Shown here: positions 15,001 to 30,000 of the stretch, piece after piece
Numbering within the stretch: the stretch's first letter is position 1
How the letters are laid out: each line of letters begins with the position of its first letter
Assembly: GCA_964016885.1 (NCBI GenBank)
Contig: OZ024742.1
Coordinates: 358,236,001 to 358,300,000, forward strand
Length of the DNA stretch: 64,000 nt
Source of the DNA: Eledone cirrhosa
Lineage: Eukaryota
Reading direction: 5' to 3'
The notes under the pieces: generated by a model
The model's database searches: none
Seen by the model: only the letters and a program-made list of their open reading frames with translations
What the model was told of the DNA's origin: nothing
Made by a program: the position numbers and the translations under genes

Positions 15001-18000
15001 GTAATGCTGTAAATGATACCTTGATCTGACTCACCAGTCTCGACTTGCCTCTCTAACTATTGTGTAATGTTGTAAATGATACCTTGATCTGACCCACCAG
15101 TCTTGACTTGCCTCTCTAACTATTGTGTAATGTTGTAAATGATATCTTGATCTGACTCACCAGTCTTGACTTGCCTCGCTAACTATCGTGTAATGCTGCA
15201 AATGATACCATGATCTGACTCACCAGTCTTGACTTGCCTCTCTAACTATGGTGTAATGTTGTAATTTATACCTTTATCTGACTCAACAGTCTTGACTTGC
15301 ATCTCTAACTATTGTGTAATGTTGTAAATGATAACTTAATATGACTCACCAGTCTTGACTTGCCTCTCTAACTATGGTGTAATGTTGTAAATGATTTCTT
15401 GATCTGACTCACCAGTCTTGACTTGCCTCGCTAACTATTGTGTAATGCTGCAAATGATACCATGATCTGCCTTACCAGTCTTGACTTGCCTCTCTAACTA
15501 TGGTGTAATGTTGTAAATTACACCTTTATCTGACTCACCAGTCTTGACTTGCCTCTCTAACTATTGTGTAATGCTGCAAATGATACCTTGATCTGATTCA
15601 CCAGTCTTGAGTTGCCAGTCTAAATATTGTGTAATGCTGCAAATGATACCTTGATCTGACTCACCAGTCTTGACTTGCTTCTCTAACTATAGTGTAATGC
15701 TGCAAATGATACATTGATCTGACTCACCAGTTTTGACTTGCCTCTCTAACTATTGTGTAATGTTGTAAATGATAACTTAATATGACTCATCAGTCTTGAC
15801 TTGCCTCTCTAACTATGGTGTAATGTTGTAAATGATACCTTGATCTGAATCACCAGTCTCGACTTGCCTCTCTAACTATTGTGTAATGCTGCAAATGATA
15901 CCATGATCTGACTCACCAGTCTTGACTTGCCTCTCTAACTATTGTGTAATGTTGTAAATGATACCTTGATCTGACTCACCAGTCTTGACTTGCCTCTCTA
16001 ACTATTGTGTAATGTTGTAAATGATATCTTGATCTGACTCACCAGTCTTGACTTGCCTCGCTAACTATCGTGTAACGCTGCAAATGATACCATGATCTGA
16101 CTCACCAGTCTTGACTTGCCTCTCTAACTATGGTGTAATGTTGTAATTTATACCTTTATCTGACTCAACAGTCTTGACTTGCATCCCTAACTATTGTGTA
16201 ATGCTGCAAATGATACCTTGATCTGATTCACCAGTCTTGAGTTGCCTCTCTAACTATTGTGTAATGTTGTAAATGATAACTTAATATGACTCACCAGTCT
16301 TGACTTGCCTCTCTAACTATTGTGTAATGCTGCAAATGATACCTTGATCTGATTCACCAGTCTTGAGTTGCCAGTCTAAATATTGTGTAATGCTGCAAAT
16401 GATACCTTGATCTGACTCACCAGTCTTGACTTGCTTCTCTAACTATTGTGTAATGTTGTAAATGATACCTTGATCTGACTCACCAGTCTTGACTTGCCTC
16501 TCTAACTATAGTGTAATGCTGCAAATGATTCATTGATCTGACTCACCAGTTTTGACTTGCCTCTCTAACTATTTGTGTAATGCTGTAAATGATACCTTGA
16601 TCTGACTCACCAGTCTTGACTTGCCTCTCTAACTATTGTGTAATGTTGTAAATGATACCTTGATCTGACTCACCAGTCTTGACTTGCCTCTCTAACTATT
16701 GTGTAATGTTGTAAATGATATCTTGATCTGACTCACCAGTCTTGACTTGCCTCTTTATCTATTGTGTAATATTGTAAATGATAACTTAATATGACTCATC
16801 AGTCTTGACTTGCCTCTCTAACTATTGTGTAACGTTGTAAATGATACCTTGATCTGAATCACCAGTCTTGACTTGCCTCTCTAAATATTGTGTAATGCTG
16901 CAAATGATACCATGATCTGACTCACCAGTCTTGACTTGCCTCTCTAACTATTTGTGTAATGCTGTAAATGATACCTTGATCTGACTCACCAGTCTCGACT
17001 TGCCTCTCTAACTATTGTGTAATGTTGTAAATGATACCTTGATCTGACTCACCAGTCTTGACTTGCCTCTCTAACTATTGTGTAATGTTGTAAATGATAT
17101 CTTGATCTGACTCACCAGTCTTGACTTGCCTCGCTAACTATCGTGTAATGCTGCAAATGATACCATGATCTGCCTTACCAGTCTTGACTTGCCTCTCTAA
17201 CTATGGTGTAATGTTGTAAATTACACCTTTATCTGACTCACCAGTCTTGACTTGCCTCTCTAACTATTGTGTAATGCTGCAAATGATACCTTGATCTGAT
17301 TCACCAGTCTTGAGTTGCCAGTCTAAATATTGTGTAATGCTGCAAATGATACCTTGATCTGACTCACCAGTCTTGACTTGCTTCTCTAACTATAGTGTAA
17401 TGCTGCAAATGATACATTGATCTGACTCACCAGTTTTGACTTGCCTCTCTAACTATTGTGTAATGTTGTAAATGATAACTTAATATGACTCATCAGTCTT
17501 GACTTGCCTCTCTAACTATGGTGTAATGTTGTAAATGATACCTTGATCTGAATCACCAGTCTCGACTTGCCTCTCTAACTATTGTGTAATGCTGCAAATG
17601 ATACCATGATCTGACTCACCAGTCTTGACTTGCCTCTCTAACTATTGTGTAATGTTGTAAATGATACCTTGATCTGACTCACCAGTCTTGACTTGCCTCT
17701 CTAACTATTGTGTAACGCTGCAAATGATACCATGATCTGACTCACCAGTCTTGACTTGCCTCTCTAACTATGGTGTAATGTTGTAATTTATACCTTTATC
17801 TGACTCAACAGTCTTGACTTGCATCCCTAACTATTGTGTAATGCTGCAAATGATACCTTGATCTGATTCACCAGTCTTGAGTTGCCTCTCTAACTATTGT
17901 GTAATGTTGTAAATGATAACTTAATATGACTCACCAGTCTTGACTTGCCTCTCTAACTATTGTGTAATGCTGCAAATGATACCTTGATCTGATTCACCAG

Positions 18001-21000
18001 TCTTGAGTTGCCAGTCTAAATATTGTGTAATGCTGCAAATGATACCTTGATCTGACTCACCAGTCTTGACTTGCTTCTCTAACTATTGTGTAATGTTGTA
18101 AATGATACCTTGATCTGACTCACCAGTCTTGACTTGCCTCTCTAACTATAGTGTAATGCTGCAAATGATTCATTGATCTGACTCACCAGTTTTGACTTGC
18201 CTCTCTAACTATTTGTGTAATGCTGTAAATGATACCTTGATCTGACTCACCAGTCTTGACTTGCCTCTCTAACTATTGTGTAATGTTGTAAATGATACCT
18301 TGATCTGACTCACCAGTCTTGACTTGCCTCTCTAACTATTGTGTACTGTTGTAAATGATATCTTGATCTGACTCACCAGTCTTGACTTGCCTCTCTAACT
18401 ATTGTGTAATGTTGTAAATGATACCTTGATCTGACTCACCAGTCTTGACTTGCCTCACTAACTATTGTGTAATGTTGTAAATGAAATCTTGATCTGACTC
18501 AACAGTCTTGATTGCCTCTCTAACTATGGTGTAATGTTGTAAATGATACCTTTATCTGACTCAACGGTCTTGACTTGCCTCTCTAACTATTGTGTAATGC
18601 TGCAAATGATACCTTGATCTGACTCACCAGTCTTGAGTTGCCAGTCTAAATATTGTGTAATGCTGCAAATGATACCTTGATCTGACTCACCAGTCTTGAA
18701 TTTGCTCTCCAACTAATGTGTAATGTTGTAAATGATACCTTGATCTAACCCACCAGTCTTGACATTCCTCTCTAACTATTGTTTAATGCTGCAAATGATA
18801 CCTTGATCTGACATATCAGTCTTGTCTTGCCTCTCTAACTATTGTGTAATGCTGCAAATGATACCTTGATCTGACCCACCAGTCTTGACATTCCTCTCTA
18901 ACTATTGTGTAATGCTGCAAATGATACCTTGATCTGACATATCAGTCTTGTCTTGCCTCTGTAACTATTGTGTAATGCTGCAAATGATACCTTGATTTGA
19001 CTAACCAGTCTTGACTTGCCTCTCGAACTATTGTGTAATGTTGTAAATGATACCTTGATCTGACTCACCAGTCTTGACTTGCCTCTCTAACTATTGTGTA
19101 ATGTTGTAAATGATATCTTGATCTGACTCAACAGTCTTGACTTGCCTCGCTAACTATTGTGTAATGCTGCAAATGATACCATGATCTGACTTACCAGTCT
19201 TGACTTGCCTCTCTAACTATTGTGTAATGTTGTAAATGATATCTTGATCTGACTAAACAGTCTTGACATTCCTCTCTAACTATTGTGTAATGCTGTAAAT
19301 GATACCTTAATATGACTCACCAGTCATGACTTGCTTCTCTAACTATGGTGTAATGTTGTAAATGATACCTTGATCTGACTCACCAGTCTTGACTTGCCTC
19401 TCTAACTATTGTGTAATGCTGCAAATGATACCTTGATCTGACTCACCAGTCTTGACTTGCATCTCTAACTATTTGTGTAATGCTGTAAATGATACCTTGA
19501 TCTGACTCACCAGTCTTGACTTGCCTCTCTAACTATTGTGTAATGTTGTAAATGATATCTTGATCTGACTCACCAGTCTTGACTTGCCTCTTTATCTATT
19601 GTGTAATATTGTAAATGATAACTTAATATGACTCATCAGCCTTGACTTGCCTCTCTAACTATTGTGTAACGTTGTAAATGATACCTTGATCTGAATCACC
19701 AGTCTTGACTTGCCTCTCTAACTATTGTGTAATGCTGCAAATGATACCATGATCTGACTCACCAGTCTTGACTTGCCTCTCTAACTATGTGTGTAATGCT
19801 GTAAATGATACCTTGATCTGACTCACCAGTCTCGACTTGCCTCTCTAACTATTGTGTAATGTTGTAAATGATACCTTGATCTGACTCACCAGTCTTGACT
19901 TGCCTCTCTAACTATTGTGTAATGTTGTAAATGATATCTTGATCTGACTCACCAGTCTTGACTTGCCTCTCTAACTATGGTGTAATGTTGTAAATGATTT
20001 CTTGATCTGACTCACCAGTCTTGACTTGCCTCGCTAACTATTGTGTAATGCTGCAAATGATACCATGATCTGCCTTACCAGTCTTGACTTGCCTCTCTAA
20101 CTATGGTGTAATGTTGTAAATTACACCTTTATCTGACTCACCAGTCTTGACTTGCCTCTCTAACTATTGTGTAATGCTGCAAATGATACCTTGATCTGAT
20201 TCACCAGTCTTGAGTTGCCAGTCTAAATATTGTGTAATGCTGCAAATGATACCTTGATCTGACTCACCAGTCTTGACTTGCTTCTCTAACTATAGTGTAA
20301 TGCTGCAAATGATACATTGATCTGACTCACCAGTTTTGACTTGCCTCTCTAACTATTGTGTAATGTTGTAAATGATAACTTAATATGACTCATCAGTCTT
20401 GACTTGCCTCTCTAACTATGGTGTAATGTTGTAAATGATACCTTGATCTGAATCACCAGTCTCGACTTGCCTCTCTAACTATTGTGTAATGCTGCAAATG
20501 ATACCATGATCTGACTCACCAGTCTTGACTTGCCTCTCTAACTATTGTGTAATGTTGTAAATGATACCTTGATCTGACTCACCAGTCTTGACTTGCCTCT
20601 CTAACTATTGTGTAATGTTGTAAATGATATCTTGATCTGACTCACCAGTCTTGACTTGCCTCGCTAACTATCGTGTAACGCTGCAAATGATACCATGATC
20701 TGACTCACCAGTCTTGACTTGCCTCTCTAACTATGGTGTAATGTTGTAATTTATACCTTTATCTGACTCACCAGTCTTGACTTGCCTCTCTAACTATTGT
20801 GTAATGCTGCAAATGATACCTTGATCTGATTCACCAGTCTTGAGTTGCCAGTCTAAATATTGTGTAATGCTGCAAATGATACCTTGATCTGACTCACCAG
20901 TCTTGACTTGCTTCTCTAACTATAGTGTAATGCTGCAAATGATACATTGATCTGACTCACCAGTTTTGACTTGCCTCTCTAACTATTGTGTAATGTTGTA

Positions 21001-24000
21001 AATGATAACTTAATATGACTCATCAGTCTTGACTTGCCTCTCTAACTATGGTGTAATGTTGTAAATGATACCTTGATCTGAATCACCAGTCTCGACTTGC
21101 CTCTCTAACTATTGTGTAATGCTGCAAATGATACCATGATCTGACTCACCAGTCTTGACTTGCCTCTCTAACTATTGTGTAATGTTGTAAATGATACCTT
21201 GATCTGACTCACCAGTCTTGACTTGCCTCTCTAACTATTGTGTAATGTTGTAAATGATATCTTGATCTGACTCACCAGTCTTGACTTGCCTCGCTAACTA
21301 TCGTGTAACGCTGCAAATGATACCATGATCTGACTCACCAGTCTTGACTTGCCTCTCTAACTATGGTGTAATGTTGTAATTTATACCTTTATCTGACTCA
21401 ACAGTCTTGACTTGCATCCCTAACTATTGTGTAATGCTGCAAATGATACCTTGATCTGATTCACCAGTCTTGAGTTGCCTCTCTATCTATTGTGTAATGT
21501 TGTAAATGATAACTTAATATGACTCACCAGTCTTGACTTGCCTCTCTAACTATTGTGTAATGCTGCAAATGATACCTTGATCTGATTCACCAGTCTTGAG
21601 TTGCCAGTCTAAATATTGTGTAATGCTGCAAATGATACCTTGATCTGACTCACCAGTCTTGACTTGCTTCTCTAACTATTGTGTAATGTTGTAAATGATA
21701 CCTTGATCTGACTCACCAGTCTTGACTTGCCTCTCTAACTATTTGTGTAATGCTGTAAATGATACCTTGATCTGACTCACCAGTCTTGACTTGCCTCTCT
21801 AACTATTGTGTAATGTTGTAAATGATACCTTGATCTGACTCACCAGTCTTGACTTGCCTCTCTAACTATTGTGTACTGTTGTAAATGATATCTTGATCTG
21901 ACTCACCAGTCTTGACTTGCCTCTCTAACTATTGTGTAATGTTGTAAATGATACCTTGATCTGACTCACCAGTCTTGACTTGCCTCACTAACTATTGTGT
22001 AATGTTGTAAATGAAATCTTGATCTGACTCAACAGTCTTGATTGCCTCTCTAACTATGGTGTAATGTTGTAAATGATACCTTTATCTGACTCAACGGTCT
22101 TGACTTGCCTCTCTAACTATTGTGTAATGCTGCAAATGATACCTTGATCTGACTCACCAGTCTTGAGTTGCCAGTCTAAATATTGTGTAATGCTGCAAAT
22201 GATACCTTGATCTGACTCACCAGTCTTGAATTTGCTCTCCAACTAATGTGTAATGTTGTAAATGATACCTTGATCTAACCCACCAGTCTTGACATTCCTC
22301 TCTAACTATTGTTTAATGCTGCAAATGATACCTTGATCTGACATATCAGTCTTGTCTTGCCTCTCTAACTATTGTGTAATGCTGCAAATGATACCTTGAT
22401 CTGACTCACCAGTCTTGACTTGCCTCTCGAACTATTGTGTAATGTTGTAAATGATACCTTGATCTGACTCACCAGTCTTGACTTGCCTCTCTAACTATTG
22501 TGTAATGTTGTAAATGATATCTTGATCTGACTCAACAGTCTTGACTTGCCTCGCTAACTATTGTGTAATGCTGCAAATGATACCATGATCTGACTTACCA
22601 GTCTTGACTTGCCTCTCTAACTATTGTGTAATGTTGTAAATGATATCTTGATCTGACTAAACAGTCTTGACATTCCTCTCTAACTATTGTGTAATGCTGT
22701 AAATGATACCTTAATATGACTCACCAGTCATGACTTGCCTCTCTAACTATTTGTGTAATGCTGTAAATGATACCTTGATCTGACTCACCAGTCTTGACTT
22801 GCCTCTCTAACTATTGTGTAATGTTGTAAATGATACCTTGATCTGACTCACCAGTCTTGACTTGCCTCTCTAACTATTTGTGTAATGCTGTAAATGATAC
22901 CTTGATCTGACTCACCAGTCTTGACTTGCCTCTCTAACTATTGTGTAATGTTGTAAATGATACCTTGATCTGACTCACCAGTCTTGACTTGCCTCTCTAA
23001 CTATTGTGTAATGTTGTAAATGATACCTTGATCTGACTCACCAGTCTTGACTTGCCTCTCTAACTATTGTGTAATGTTGTAAATGATACCTTGATCTGAC
23101 TCACCAGTCTTGACTTGCCTCTCTAACTATTGTGTAATGTTGTAAATGATATCTTGATCTGACTCACCAGTCTTGACTTGCCTCGCTAACTATCGTGTAA
23201 TGCTGCAAATGATACCATGATCTGACTCACCAGTCTTGACTTGCCTCTCTAACTATGGTGTAATGTTGTAATTTATTCCTTTATCTGACTCAACAGTCTT
23301 GACTTGCATCTCTAACTATTGTGTAATGCTGCAAATGATACCTTGATCTGATTCACCAGTCTTGAGTTGCCTCTCTAACTATTGTGTAATGTTGTAAATG
23401 ATAACTTAATATGACTCACCAGTCTTGACTTGCCTCTCTAACTATGGTGTAACGTTGTAAATGATTTCTTGATCTGACTCACCAGTCTTGACTTGCCTCG
23501 CTAACTATTGTGTAATGCTGCAAATGATACCATGATCTGACTTACCAGTCTTGACTTGCCTCTCTAACTATTGTGTAATGCTGCAAATGATACCTTGATC
23601 TGATTCACCAGTCTTGAGTTGCCAGTCTAAATATTGTGTAATGCTGCAAATGATACCTTGATCTGACTCACCAGTCTTGACTTGCTTCTCTAACTATTGT
23701 GTAATGTTGTAAATGATACCTTGATCTGACTCACCAGTCTTGACTTGCCTCTCTAACTATAGTGTAATGCTGCAAATGATACATTGATCTGACTCACCAG
23801 TTTTGACTTGCCTCTCTAACTATTTGTGTAATGCTGTAAATGATACCTTGATCTGACTCACCAGTCTTGACTTGCCTCTCTAACTATTGTGTAATGTTGT
23901 AAATGATACCTTGATCTGACTCACCAGTCTTGACTTGCCTCTCTAACTATTGTGTACTGTTGTAAATGATATCTTGATCTGACTCACCAGTCTTGACTTG

Positions 24001-27000
24001 CCTCACTAACTATTGTGTAATGTTGTAAATGAAATCTTGATCTGACTCTACAGTCTTGATTGCCTGTCTAACTATTATTGTAGTGCTGCAAATGATACCT
24101 TGATCTGACTCACCAGTCTTGACTTTGGTCTCTAACTATTGTGTAATGCTGCAAATGATAACTTGATCTGACATATCAGTCTTGTCTAGCCTCTCTAACT
24201 ATTGTGTAATGCTGTAAATGATACCTTGATCTGACTCACCAGTCTTGACTTGCCTCTCTAACTATTGTGTAATGCTGCAAATGATACCTTGATCTGACTC
24301 ACCAGTCTTGAGTTGCCAGTCTAAATATTGTGTAATGCTGCAAATGATACCTTGATCTGACTCACCAGTCTTGACTTTGCTCTCCAACTATTGTGTAATG
24401 TTGTAAATGATACCTTGATCTGACCCACCAGTCTTGACATTCCTCTCTAACTATTGTGTAATGCTGCAAATGATACCATGATCTGACATATCAGTCTTGT
24501 CTTGCCTCTCTAACTATTGTGTAATGCTGCAAATGATACCTTGATTTGACTCACCGGTCTTGACTTGCCTCTCGAACTATTGTGTAATGTTGTAAATGAT
24601 ACCTTGATCTGACTCACCAGTCTTGACTTGCCTCTCTAACTATTGTGTAATGTTGTAAATGATATCTTGATCTGACACAACAGTCTTGACTTGCCTCGCT
24701 AACTATTGTGTAATGCTACAAATGATACCATGATCTGACTTACCAGTCTTGACTTGCCTCTCTAACTATTGTGTAATGTTGTAAATGATACCTCTATCTG
24801 AGTCACCAGTCTTGACTTGCCTCTCGAACTATTGTGTAATGCTGCAAATGATACCTTGATCTGACTCACCAGTCTTGACTTGCCTCTCTAACTGTTGTGT
24901 AGTGCTGCAAATGATACCTTGATCTGACTCACCAGTCTTGAGTTGCCAGTCTAAATATTGTGTAATGCTGCATCTGATACCTTGATCTGACTCACCAGTC
25001 TTGACTTGCTGCTTTAACTATTGTGGAATGTTGTAAATGATACCTTGATCTGACTCACCAGTCTTGACTTGCTTCTCTAACTATTGTGTAATGCTGCAAA
25101 TGATACCTTGATCTGACTCCCCAGTCTTGAGTTGCCAGTCTAAATATTGTGTAATGCTGCATCTGATACCTTGATCTGACTCACCAGTCTTGACTTGCTG
25201 CTTTAACTATTGTGGAATGTTGTAAATGATACCTTGATCTGACTCACCAGTCTTGACTTGCTTCTCTAACTATTGTGTAATGCTGAAAATGATACCATGA
25301 TCTCACTTACCAGTCTTGACTTTCCTCTCTAACTATTGTGTAATGCTGCAAATGATACCTTGATCTGACTCATCAGTCTTGACTTGCCTCTCTAACTATT
25401 GTGTAATGCTGCAAATGATACCTCGATTTGACTCACCAGTCTTGACTTGCCTCTCTAACTATTGTGTAATGCTGCAAATGATACCTTGATCTGACTCCCC
25501 AGTCTTGACTTGCCTCTCTAACTATTTGTGGAATGCTGAAAATGATACCTTCATCTGACTCACCAGTCTTGACTTGCCTCTCTAACTATTGTGTAATGTT
25601 GTAAATGATACCTTTATCTGAGTCACCAGTCTTGACTTGCCTCTCTAACTATTGTGTAATGCTGTAAATGATACCTTAATATGATTCACCAGTCTTGACT
25701 TGCCTCTCTAACTATGGTGTAATGTTGTAAATGATACCTTGATCTGAATCACCAGTCTTGACTTGCCTCTCTAACTATTGTGTAATGTTGTAAATGATAT
25801 CTTGATCTGACTCACCAGTCTTGACTTGCCTCGCTAACTATTGTGTAATGCTGCAAATGATAGCATGATCTCACTTACCACTCTTGACTTGCCTCTCTAA
25901 CTATGGTGTAATGTTGTAAATGATACCTTTATCTGACTCAACAGTCTTGACTTGCTTCTCTAACTATTGTGTAATGCTGCAAATGATACCTTGATCTGAC
26001 TCACCAGTCTTGAGTTGCCGGTCTAAATATTGTGTAATGCTGCATCTGATACATTGATCTGACTCACCAGTCTTGACTTGCCTCTTTAACTATTGTGGAA
26101 TGTTGTAAATGATACCTTAATCTGACTGACCAGTCTTGACTTGCATCTCTAACTATTGTGTAATGTTGTAAATGATACCTTGATCTGATTCACAAGTCTT
26201 GACTTGCTTCTCTCACTATTGTGGAATGCTGAAAATGATACCTTCATCTGACTCACCAGTCTTGACTTGCCTCTCTAACTATTGTGTAATGTTGTAAATG
26301 ATACCTTTATCTGACTCACCAGTCTTGACTTGCCTCTCTAACTATTGTGTAATGTTGTAAATGATACCTTTATCTGAGTCACCAGTCTTGACTTGCCTCT
26401 CTAACTATTGTGTAATGCTGTAAATGATACCTTAATATGACTCACCAGTCTTGACTTGCCTCTCTAACTATGGTGTAATGTTGTAAATGATACCTTGATC
26501 TGACTCACCAGTCTTGACTTTCCTCTCTAACTATTGTGTAATGCTGCAAATGATACCTTGATCTGACTCATCAGTCTTGTCTTGCCTCTCTAACTATTGT
26601 GTAATGCTGCAAATGATACCTTGATTTGACTCACCAGTCTTGACTTGCCTCTCTAACTATTGTATAATGCTGCAAATTATACCTTGATCTAACTCACCAG
26701 TCTTGTCTTGCCTCTCTAACTATTGTGTAATGTTGTAAATGATACCTTGATCTGACTCACCAGTCTTGACTTGCCTCTCTAACTATTGTGTAATGCTGCA
26801 AATGATACCTTGATCTGACTCACCAGTCTTGACTTGCCTCTCTAACTATGGTGTAATGTTGTAAATTATACCTTTATCTGACTCAACAGTCTTGACTTGC
26901 CTCTCTAACTATTGTGTAATGCTGCAAATGATACATTGATCTGATTCACCAGTCTTGAGTTGCCAGTCTAAATATTGTGTAATGCTGCAAATGATACCTT

Positions 27001-30000
27001 GATCTGACTCACCAGTCTTGACTTGCCTCTCTAACTATTGTGTAATGCTGCAAATGATACCTTGATCTGACTCCCCAGTCTTGACTTGCCTCTCTAACTA
27101 TTTGTGGAATGCTGAAAATGATACCTTCATCTGACTCACCAGTCTTGACTTGCCTCTCTAACTATTGTGTAATGTTGTAAATGATACCTTTATCTGAGTC
27201 ACCAGTCTTGACTTGCCTCTCTAACTATTGTGGAATGTTGTAAATGATACCTTGATCTGACTGACCAGTCTTGACTTGCATCTCTTACTATTGTGTAATG
27301 TTGTAAATGATACCTTGATCTGACTCACCAGTCTTCACCTGCCTCTCTAACTATTGTGTAATGCTGCAAATGATGCCTTGATTTGACTCACCAGTCTTGA
27401 CTTGCCTCTCTAACTATGGTGTAATGTTGTAAATGATACCTTGATCTGACTCACCAGTCTTGACTTGCCTCTCTAACTATTGTGTAATGCTGAAAATGAT
27501 ACCATGATCTGACTTACCACTCTTGACTTGCCTCTCTAACTATGGTGTAATGTTTTAAATGATACCCTGATCTGACTCAACAGTCTTGACTTGCCTCTCT
27601 AACTGTTGTGTAGTGCTGCAAATGATACCTTGATCTGACTCACTAGTCTTGAGTTGCCAGTCTAAATATTGTGTAATGCTGCAAATGATACCTTGATCTG
27701 ACTCACCAGTCTTGACTTGCCCCTCTAACTATTATGTAATGTTTTAAATGTTACCTTGATCTGAATCACAAGTCTTGACTTGCCTCTCTAACTATTGTGT
27801 AATGTTGTAAATGATACCTTGATCTGAGCCACCAGACTTGACTTGCCTCACTAACTATCGTGTAATGCTGAAAATTATACCTTGATCTGACTCACCTGTC
27901 TTGACTTGCCTCTCTAACTATCGTGTAACGTTATAAATGATACCTTCTTCTGACTCACCAGTCTTGACTTGCCTCTCTAACTATTGTGTAATTCTGAAAA
28001 TGATACCATGATCTGACTTACCACTCTTGACTTGCCTCTCTAACTATTGTGTAATGCTGTAAATGATACCTTAATATGACTCACCAGTCTTGACTTGCCT
28101 CTCTAACTATGGTGTAATGTTGTAAATGATACCATGATCTCACTTACCACTCTTGACTTGCCTCTCTAACTATGGTGTAATGTTGTAAATGATACCTTTA
28201 TCCGACTCAACAGTCTTGACTTGCCTCTCTAACTATTGTGTAATGCTGCAAATGATACCTTGATCTGACTCACCAGTCTTGAGTTGCCAGTCTAAATATT
28301 GTGTAATGCTGCATCTGATACCTTGATCTGACTCACCAGTCTTGACTTGCCTCTTTGACTATTGTGGAATGTTGTAAATGATACCTTGATCTGACTGACC
28401 AGTCTTGACTTGCATCTCTTACTATTGTGTAATGTTGTAAATGATACCTTGATCTGACTCACCAGTCTTGACTTGCCTCTCTAACTATTGTGTAATGCTG
28501 CAAATGATACCTTGATCTGACTCCCCAGTCTTGACTTGCCTCTCTGACTATTGTGGAATGCTGAAAATGATACCTTCATCTGACTCACCAGTCTTGACTT
28601 GCCTCTCTAACTATTGTGTAATGTTGTAAATGATACCTTTATCTGAGTCACCAGTCTTGACTTGCCTCTCTAACTATTGTGTAATGCTGTAAATGATACC
28701 TTAGTATGACTCACCAGTCTTGACTTGCCTCTCTAACTATGGTGTAATGTTGTAAATGATACCTTGATCTGACTCACCAGTCTTGACTTGCCTCTCTAAC
28801 TATTGTGTAATGCTGCAAATGATAACTTGATCTGACTGATCAGTCTTAACTTGCCACTCTAACTATTGTGTAATGCTGCAAATGATGCCTTGATTTGACT
28901 CACCAGTCTTGTCTTGCCTCTCAAACTATCGTGTAATGTTGTAAATGATACCATGATCTGACTTACCACTCTTGACTTGCCTCTCTAACTATGGTGTAAT
29001 GTTTTAAATGATACCTTGATCTGACTCACCAGTCTTGACTTGCCTCTCTAACTGTTGTGTAGTGCTGCAAATGATACCTTGATCTGACTCACCAGTCTTG
29101 AGTTGCCAGTCTAAATATTGTGTAATGCTGCAAATGATACCTTGATCTGACTCACCAGTCTTGACTTGCCCCTCTAACTATTATGTAATGTTTTAAATGT
29201 TACCTTGATCTGAATCACAAGTCTTGACTTGCCTCTCTAACTATTGTGTAATGTTGTAAATGATACCTTGATCTGAGCCACCAGACTTGACTTGCCTCAC
29301 TAACTATCGTGTAATGCTGAAAATTATACCTTGATCTGACTCACCTGTCTTGACTTGCCTCTCTAACTATCGTGTAACGTTATAAATGATACCTTCTTCT
29401 GACTCACCAGTCTTGACTTGCCTCTCTAACTATGGTGTAATGCTGCAAATGATACCTTGATCTGACATATCAGTCTTGACTTGCCTTTCTAACTATCGTG
29501 TAACGTTATAAATGATACCTTCTTCTGACTCACCAGTCTTGACTTGCCTCTCTAACTATTTTGTAATTCTGAAAATGATACCATGATCTGACTTACCACT
29601 CTTGACTTGCCTCTCTAACTATTGTGTAATGCTGTAAATGATACCTTAATATGACTCACCAGTCTTGACTTGCCTCTCTAACTATGGTGTAATGTTGTAA
29701 ATGATACCCTGATCTGACTCACCAGTCTTGACTTGCCTCTCTAACTATTGTGTAATGCTGCAAATGATAACTTTATCTCACTGATCAGTCTTAACTTGCC
29801 TCTCTAACTATTGTGTAATGCTGCAAATGATGCCTTGATTTGACTCACCAGTCTTGACTTGCCTCTCAAACTGTCGTGTAATGTTGTAAATGATACCTTG
29901 CTCTGACTCACCAGTTTTGTCTTGCCTCGCTAACTATTGTGTAATGCTGAAAATGATACCTTTATCTGACTTACCAGTCTTGACTTGCCTCTCTAACTAT